A DNA stretch of 64,000 bases, from NCBI GenBank assembly GCA_963668175.1, contig OY764159.1:3296001-3360000 (forward strand), in the 5' to 3' direction. Every line of letters starts with the position of its first letter. The stretch's first letter is position 1. This document shows positions 57,479 to 64,000 of the stretch, piece after piece. A model generated the notes under the pieces. The model saw only the letters and a list, made by a program, of their open reading frames with translations, made no database searches and was not told where the DNA came from. Source of the DNA: Syntrophales bacterium. Lineage in GTDB: Bacteria; Desulfobacterota; Syntrophia; Syntrophales; PHBD01. A program made the translations under genes and the position numbers.

Positions 57479-58684
57479 TTATTCGTTCCGGAGGGCGTCG
57501 ATGGGGTCCAGGCGGGCGGCCTTTCGGGCGGGGAAATAGCCGAAGACCACGCCGACGGCTGCCGAGAAGAGGAAGGCCAGAATGACGATCCCTGCGTTGA
57601 AGATGAAAGGGACTCGGAGGACATAGGCCAAAAAGACGGACGAGGACAGGGCGATGACGATACCGATCAGGCCGCCCAGAGAGGACAAGACGACGGCCTC
57701 CACCAGGAACTGCGTCAGGACCTCCCGCTCCAGCGCACCGATCGCGAGCCTGATGCCGATTTCCCGCGTCCGCTCCGTGACCGACACGAGCATGATGTTC
57801 ATGATGCCGATCCCGCCCACGAGAAGACTGACGGCGGCCACGGCGCTGAGGAGCGCCGTAAGCGTTTTCGTTGTCCCTGTCAGCATCCTGGTGATCTCTT
57901 TCAGGTCCATGACATTGAAGTTGTCGTCCTTGCCGGCGGATATCTTGCGGCGCTCCCGCAGCAGCCTTTCGATGTTCTGCTGGACTTTCTCGGTGGACGC
58001 GCCCTCCCGGACCACGACCTGGATGAGTCCGATTTCCTGGTTCCCGGCGATGCGGCGCTGGAATGTCCTGATCGGCAGGATAACGATGTCGTCCTGATCC
58101 TGTCCCATGGTGCTCTGCCCCTTGGGCGCGAGAACGCCGATCACCTCGCAGGACAGTTTCTGGAGACGGATCTTCTCGCCCAGGGGGTCCTGGCCGCCGA
58201 AGAGTTTCTGGCGCGCAGTCTCCCCCATGATGCAGATGGCGGCCCCGGCGCGAAGTTCGCTCTCCGTGAAGAGGCGGCCCGATTGGATCGACCGGCTCCC
58301 GATCTTGAGGTAATCGTTGGTGGTGGCCGTCACGTTCGTCGACCAGTTGTAATTGCCGTAGATGGCCATGACGGATTGGGAAGACACCGGCACGACGGCG
58401 GAGACGGATTCGACTTCGCGGCCAATGGCCTCCGCGTCCGCATCTTTAAACGGCGTCGGCGTCGTCGACTGGCCGGGCCCCATCCTTTTTCCGGGACTGA
58501 CCATGAGCAGGTTGCTGCCCATGCTCGCAATCTGCTGCGTGACCTGCGCCGTCGCACCGCCGCCGATGGTGACCATGATGATGACGGCGGCCACGCCGAT
58601 GACGATGCCCAGGATCGTCAGGAACGACCGGAGGACATTGCGCCTGATCTCGCGCAGGGACAGGAGAACGGCATTCCAGAGCAT
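57479..58684 (-). CDS. MacB-family ABC permease
   Basis: RSFLTILGIVIGV, GGIGIMNIMLVSVTERTREIGIR, PARKAARLDPIDALR. Confidence 0.92.
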   Translation of the reverse strand: MLWNAVLLSLREIRRNVLRSFLTILGIVIGVAAVIIMVTIGGGATAQVTQQIASMGSNLLMVSPGKRMGPGQSTTPTPFKDADAEAIGREVESVSAVVPVSSQSVMAIYGNYNWSTNVTATTNDYLKIGSRSIQSGRLFTESELRAGAAICIMGETARQKLFGGQDPLGEKIRLQKLSCEVIGVLAPKGQSTMGQDQDDIVILPIRTFQRRIAGNQEIGLIQVVVREGASTEKVQQNIERLLRERRKISAGKDDNFNVMDLKEITRMLTGTTKTLTALLSAVAAVSLLVGGIGIMNIMLVSVTERTREIGIRLAIGALEREVLTQFLVEAVVLSSLGGLIGIVIALSSSVFLAYVLRVPFIFNAGIVILAFLFSAAVGVVFGYFPARKAARLDPIDALRNE

Positions 58685-59397
58685 CAATCGGCCCTCCCGT
58701 TCAATTCATCCCTGGCGACGAGCCCGTCGAGAAAACGGATGGTCCGCGACGCATAGGAAGCCATATCCGGTTCGTGCGTCACCATGACGATCGTGATCCC
58801 GCTTTCCCGGTTGAGGGATATGAGAAGCTCCATGATCTCGCGGCTCATGGCCGTATCGAGGTTGCCGGTGGGCTCGTCGGCAAGCAGGACCGCCGGCTCC
58901 GTGACGATGGCGCGGGCGATGGCGACGCGCTGCTGCTGGCCGCCCGACAGTTCGCCCGGCGTGTGGGCCTCCCAGCCGGTGAGTCCCACAACGGCCAGCG
59001 CCTTGAGGGCGCGGGAATGTCTCTCGGCGGCGTGGACGCCGCGGTAGATCAAAGGCAGTTCCGTATTTTCCAATGCCGACGTCCGGTTCAGGAGATTGTA
59101 CCCCTGGAAGACGAAACCCAGGTAGTGGCGGCGGAGCAGGGCCCGCTGATTTCTCTCGAGGCGTCCGACCTCGACGCCTTGGAACTTGTAAGCCCCGGCG
59201 GTCGGCGTATCGAGGCAGCCCAGGATATTCATGCACGTCGATTTCCCCGACCCGGAGGGCCCCATGACCGCCACGAATTCGCCGGTGCGGATCGCCAGGT
59301 CGATGCCGCGGAGCGCCGCCATGGCCGCCTGCCCCCGGCCGTAGACCTTCGTCACGCCTGTAAGCGAGATAACGGGCGGATCGGAGCTTGCGCTCAT
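58684..59397 (-). CDS. ABC ATP-binding protein (MacB/LolD type)
   Basis: GPSGSGKST, LSGGQQQR, LADEPTGNLD, VTH; TGATG overlap. Confidence 0.94.
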   Translation of the reverse strand: MSASSDPPVISLTGVTKVYGRGQAAMAALRGIDLAIRTGEFVAVMGPSGSGKSTCMNILGCLDTPTAGAYKFQGVEVGRLERNQRALLRRHYLGFVFQGYNLLNRTSALENTELPLIYRGVHAAERHSRALKALAVVGLTGWEAHTPGELSGGQQQRVAIARAIVTEPAVLLADEPTGNLDTAMSREIMELLISLNRESGITIVMVTHEPDMASYASRTIRFLDGLVARDELNGRAD

Positions 59398-60725
59398 CAC
59401 TTCTTCCTCTCCATGATGTCCACGACCAGTTCCATCTCCGGTTTAACGCCGCCGCCGGTGATTTCCGTAAGAACGCCGTTCGTGAGCCCCACCGTTACGG
59501 CAATCGATTGAAGCTGCCCGTCTTTCAACGTCCAGACATGCTGTTCTTTTTTACCGTCCGCCCTGGCGTCGTTCGTCTTTTTCCCGGATGCGGGCGGGCG
59601 CGGCAGAAGGGACGCCACGAGGCCGCCCGATGCCTTCTTTTCCTCCGCAGCCACGGGCGGGGCAAACCGCAGGGCCGTATTGGGAACGAGGAGGGCGTTG
59701 TCCACCTTCCTGGCCGTAATATCCGCCGTGGCCGTCATCCCGGGCCGCAGGGCCATGTCCCCGTTGTTCACCCTGAGCAACGTCTCGTAGGTGACAACGC
59801 CCGATGTCGTCGTGGAACCGTAACGGGCCTGGGTTATCCGGGCGTGGAAAGTGCGGTTGGGATAGGCCGCGACGGTGAAGACCGCTTCCTGGCCGACCTC
59901 GATCTTGCCGATGTCGGCTTCGTCCACATTGACGTGCAGTTCCATCTGCGAAAGGTCGGCCGCCAGGGTAAAGAGAGTCGGCGCCTGGTAGGCGGCGGCC
60001 ACGGTCTGGCCGGGCTCGATGCTGCGGGTCAGAACAACGCCGTTGATGGGCGAACGAATCACTGCCTTCGATAAATCCAGCTCGTATGTATCCAATGTCG
60101 CCTGGCTTTGCGTCACGGCGGCCTTTGCACTGGCCTCGTCGGCGATTGCCCGGTCAAGGGCCGCCTCCGCGGCGTCCATTTCCGTCTGTGACGGTACCTT
60201 ATTCCCGCTCAGGGCACGGACTTTTCGATATTGTTCAAGTTTGAGACGATACTCCCTGGCAGTCGCCTGACATTGAACGACCTTGGCCTTGGCCGCCGCC
60301 AGAGATGCACGGTATTGTTTGACCTGGGCTTCCAGTTTCGATGTATCGAGGCGCGCCAGGATCTGACCGACTTTCACCCTGTCGTTATAGGTCGCCGCGA
60401 CCGTTTTGACGATGCCGGACAATTCGCTTCCCACGGTTACGTTGTCATTCGTCGGCTGCAGCGTTCCCGTGGCGGTGACGATGACCGTCAGGCTTCCGAT
60501 CTGGGCCTTCTGGGTCTTGTACTGTATCTTATCGTCCGAACCGGCTGTTTTCCAGACGACGGCGGCAACGATCGCCGCCGCAAGCAGGCAACCGGCGGCG
60601 ACAAGCCACACCCGTCGTTTCCGGAAGCCCCCCGGCGACGCATCGAGCTTGAGGTTATGAAGGATATCGCCTTCCGGTTTCTTATCCTGTTCCATCTCGT
60701 TCCTTTCTTTTTCCATCCCGGTCAC
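59397..60725 (-). CDS. MacA-type periplasmic adaptor
   Basis: ATGTL, VGSELSG, IRSPING, VDEADIG, LRPGMTA; start uncertain. Confidence 0.9.
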   Translation of the reverse strand: MTGMEKERNEMEQDKKPEGDILHNLKLDASPGGFRKRRVWLVAAGCLLAAAIVAAVVWKTAGSDDKIQYKTQKAQIGSLTVIVTATGTLQPTNDNVTVGSELSGIVKTVAATYNDRVKVGQILARLDTSKLEAQVKQYRASLAAAKAKVVQCQATAREYRLKLEQYRKVRALSGNKVPSQTEMDAAEAALDRAIADEASAKAAVTQSQATLDTYELDLSKAVIRSPINGVVLTRSIEPGQTVAAAYQAPTLFTLAADLSQMELHVNVDEADIGKIEVGQEAVFTVAAYPNRTFHARITQARYGSTTTSGVVTYETLLRVNNGDMALRPGMTATADITARKVDNALLVPNTALRFAPPVAAEEKKASGGLVASLLPRPPASGKKTNDARADGKKEQHVWTLKDGQLQSIAVTVGLTNGVLTEITGGGVKPEMELVVDIMERKK

Positions 60726-60741
60726 TCCCGGCGCATGAAGT

Positions 60742-62193
60742 CTATCTCTTTTCGCCGTCGCTGCCGGCAGTCCATCCCCCGCCCAGCGCCTTGTACAGGC
60801 GGACGAGGTTGGCCGTTATGGTCCCATCGCTTTGGGTCAGCTGATCCTGAAACGACAGTACCGACCGCTCCGCCTCCAGAACATTGCTGAAATCCGCCAG
60901 GCCCGCCTCGTACTTCTGCCGGGCAAAGGTCGACGCTTCGCGGGCGGCCAGCGTGGCGGCGGCAAGCGCCTTCCGCCGCTTCTGTTCTTCGGCCAAGGCC
61001 GTAAGCGCATTTTCGGCCTCTTCCAGGGCGCCGAGCACAGCGGACTGCCAGGCCAGAAAGTATTGTTCCTGCAGGGCCGTCTGGATGTCGATGTTACGGC
61101 GGACGGCGCCGGCATCGAAGATACGCCAGGATACGCTGGGGCCGAAACTGTACCAGCCGCTGCCGGCAGTAAAGAAGTCGCCGGCATTCGTCGATTGCAG
61201 GCCGATGGAGCCGCTCAACTTGAATTTGGGATAGAGGTCCGCGGCCGCCACGCCTATTTTGGCCGTCTGTGCGGCAAGATTGCGCTCCGCCTTACGGATA
61301 TCCGGACGGCGCCGGACACAATCGGCGGGAACGCCGGCCGCCACTTTCTCAGGAATGACCGGAACGGGTGTGGCCTTGGCCAGTTCGTTCTGTATCCTCC
61401 CCGGCTGCTCGCCCAGAAGCACCGCGAGCCGGTTAAAAGACGACTCCAAAGAAGAGCGTAACGCCGGGATTTGGGCGCGTGTATTTTCCATGTTATAGCG
61501 GGCCTGCTGAACCGCCAAGTCGTCGCTCAGGCCCGCTTCGTTGCGCCAGACCGTCAGCTGCCAGGTTTCCTGCTGCGACACCAGGTTGGCCTCGGCTACG
61601 GCTATCCGGGCCTGGTACGTGCGGACGTCGATATAGTTCAGCGCCGTTTCGGCAAGGAGGGAAACCAGCACGTCGCGCCAGTCCTCGCGGCTGTAATCGA
61701 GGGCGGCATCCGCCGCCTCCACGGATCGGCGCACGCCGCCGAAGATATCCAGCTCCCAGGCCGCATCGAATCCGGCGGCAAACAGCGTATCGTTGCTGCG
61801 CGCCCCCGCTGTTTCGGTACTCCGGCTGCGGGTGATGCCGCCTGTCGCGTCAAGCGTCGGAAAGGCATCGGTCTGGGCCAGGCCCCGTCTTGCGCGCGCC
61901 TCGCGGATTCTCGCCCGGGCCTTCTTCAGATCGAGATTGCCCTCCGCCGCCCTCTTCATCAATCCCGAAAGCACGGGATCGTTCAGCGAGGCCCACCAGG
62001 ACGCAAGCTCCTGCTGGTCCGCCGCCCCCATGACCAGGCCGTTCCCGGCGGAAGCATGCCAGGCCGGGGCCACGGACGCGTCGGGTCTGACGTAATCCGG
62101 TCCTGCTTTGAAACAGGCGGAGACGCAAATCGCCGCGAGGAGCACGATCAGACATCTTCTCATGGCGGCTGGAATGGATAATGGATGCTTCAT
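60742..62193 (-). CDS. Outer-membrane efflux lipoprotein (NodT/OprM type)
   Basis: Lipobox VSAC, GPDY, WELDIFG, RRPDI, LYKALGGGW. Confidence 0.92.
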   Translation of the reverse strand: MKHPLSIPAAMRRCLIVLLAAICVSACFKAGPDYVRPDASVAPAWHASAGNGLVMGAADQQELASWWASLNDPVLSGLMKRAAEGNLDLKKARARIREARARRGLAQTDAFPTLDATGGITRSRSTETAGARSNDTLFAAGFDAAWELDIFGGVRRSVEAADAALDYSREDWRDVLVSLLAETALNYIDVRTYQARIAVAEANLVSQQETWQLTVWRNEAGLSDDLAVQQARYNMENTRAQIPALRSSLESSFNRLAVLLGEQPGRIQNELAKATPVPVIPEKVAAGVPADCVRRRPDIRKAERNLAAQTAKIGVAAADLYPKFKLSGSIGLQSTNAGDFFTAGSGWYSFGPSVSWRIFDAGAVRRNIDIQTALQEQYFLAWQSAVLGALEEAENALTALAEEQKRRKALAAATLAAREASTFARQKYEAGLADFSNVLEAERSVLSFQDQLTQSDGTITANLVRLYKALGGGWTAGSDGEKR

Positions 62194-62599
62194 TTATCTT
62201 CTCAAGGGCCGATCCGGCCCGGGAACGCTCCCGAACGTAATATGAGGCATATATATGCAAGCCCGGAGACGAAATCACGTTATGAATTGTAAAGAAAGAA
62301 TATCGTTCGCAATTACAATTAATTACATTATTTATAGGGGTTGTCGGCAAAATAGGGCGCTTTCCCGCGTATCAAACCGAAATATTCATGTATTGCCGGA
62401 TAAAGCGATTCACATCATCCTATGTTCAGTTGTTCATCCATCGACAGTGAAAACTGGACATAGAAGTCATCATCGTATATATGCGAATATAAAACGAATA
62501 GGTTGAATAAATCATTGTTCCGCAATGACTGAAGCGCAAAGCATGATCTCTCATCGGGAACCGGACGCCATATGGTCAATTCGCGAGTCAGTCCGGCTG

Positions 62600-63688
62600 A
62601 TGCCTAGACTGGCCTGGCTGGACAATGCGAAGGCCCTGGGAATCATCCTGGTATTTTAAGGACATATTGCCGAGCAGGTCTTCTCGATCACCCAGACTCA
62701 GGCCGCCTACATCCAATATAAGCTGATCTATTCCTTCCACATGCCGCTCTTTTTTGTGTTGTCCGGCTATCTCGCTTCCCGGAGAAATCGGGAAGATATT
62801 CCCTCTTTTTTTAAAAAGCTCATGATTTCCCGCATCGTTCCTTTTCTATTCTTTAATCTGCTGATCCTGCCGTTTTACTTCATCGATGCGGCGTTCACGA
62901 ACAGTCATGCCGATGTTCCGCAACTTTTGTCGAGATCTTTGTATTTGCTCGCCGGCAGGCCGGCCTTCAACTTCATCACCTGGTTTTTGATCTGTCTGGC
63001 ATCGGTAGAAGTCATCCACTATCTCGTATTTCCGCTTGTCCGTAACGATAAGCGGAAAATGATACTGGCGATCATCTTGTGTTATTTGGCTGGGTGGTAT
63101 GCCGCGAGCCCGGGCAATATCCTTAACACATTGCTGTTCAAGGACTACTGGTACGTCCGCGAAGCCGTGCTGGCTTGCAGCTTCTATCTCTTCGGAAGTA
63201 TGCTGCCCGCAATGCCTATGCTCCGGGATACCCTACCGGCAAAATCGGCATTTCCAATGGGAATTCTTTCCACCGGATTGCTCGTCGTCGCTTTCAATCT
63301 CAATGAAGGCCCCTTCCGGATCTGCCCGGTTGTCGCTGTGGCGTTTGCGGGCTACGGGAATATTCTCCTGTTTCCATTGACGGCCATAGCCGGAACCGTG
63401 AGCATCGCGATCGTTTCACGATGGCTGGGAACGATAGGTATTTTTCAGTATCTGGGGCGGAATACCCTCGTCCTGATGGGATTGAACGGCATCTTGGCCC
63501 AATTTCCTAATGTCGTGTTCTTAACCAGATTTCAGGGTTTCCTTTCCGGTTCGCCGTTGACGACGGTCTTTTTGTGCTTTGTCTTAACGGTTTTATCCAT
63601 CATACTCTGCATCCCGTGCGTTTACCTGCTTAATAGATACCTGCCGCGAGCGGTCGGTTCCCCCCGGCCACGGCCTCGCACGTTTTAG
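62600..63688 (+). pseudogene. Acyltransferase-3 family gene with in-frame TAA at 62657-62659
   Basis: MPRLAWLDNAKALGIILVF*GH...IYSFHMPLFF is in frame with ORF 62741-63688; in-frame ATGs also at 62525 and 62543. Confidence 0.75.
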
Positions 63689-63824
63689 ACGGTCGGAGTT
63701 TCGTCATTTCATCTTCAAATCATAACAGAAACGGAAAGCGCACTGACGGAAATTAACTCGATCGCATCTTTACTTATTATCGCATCAACTTTATGATGTG
63801 AGCTGATCTGATGAGGAAAACCGT

Positions 63825-64000
63825 ATGAACATGGAATTTTTGGCCGGGGCGGTTGCCGTCGTCGCGGCGGTTCTCACGATCGTCGCATGGCGGTCCAAAG
63901 GGCGTTACGGAAAGCTAAGGCCAAGCAAAGACGCCGCGGCGGCCTACGAATCCTTCTCTGTCGATCCCGGCAGGCATTATTATATCAGCGGCTCCGACGT
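63825..64000 (+). CDS. Hypothetical membrane-anchored protein, truncated by the window end
   Basis: GAGG then ATG 63825; MNMEFLAGAVAVVAAVLTIVAWRSKGRYGKL... is open to the edge. Confidence 0.55.
   Translation, partial: MNMEFLAGAVAVVAAVLTIVAWRSKGRYGKLRPSKDAAAAYESFSVDPGRHYYISGSD

Noticed and set aside
1..64000. CRISPR arrays, rRNA, tRNA (including selC), reverse transcriptases
   Set aside because: No regularly spaced repeats, cloverleafs or RT motifs noticed by eye; a short tRNA could have been missed

Overview
A GC-rich, gene-dense chromosomal window from an anaerobic Gram-negative bacterium. The gene set (multiheme cytochromes, hybrid PAS kinase, MCP, phasin-like small protein) suggests Desulfobacterota, perhaps Syntrophales; this is inference. 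Redox loci dominate: a selenocysteine formate dehydrogenase-N operon (fdnGHI-fdhE, in-frame TGA plus SECIS hairpin), three non-fumarate flavocytochrome-c-type flavoproteins with two tetraheme cytochromes, a PaoABC-like Tat-exported Mo-hydroxylase, and a rearranged ydhY/cytochrome b/ydhV/ydhW operon. The rest encodes transporters (Kup, LysE, EamA, MacAB-OMF), regulators with visible palindromic operators, an M16 peptidase and a B12 radical SAM enzyme. The best candidate for an undescribed system is about 39.35-44.45 kb, mostly lower in GC: a strong sigma70 promoter, a self-pairing RNA of about 160 nt, two paralogous metallophosphoesterases with altered metal motifs, and three closely spaced hypothetical genes (two possibly TULIP/BPI-like, one resembling a permuted, copper-less tandem cupredoxin). 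I saw no rRNA, tRNA, CRISPR array, transposase or integrase. All calls come from reading motifs by eye; no searches were run.
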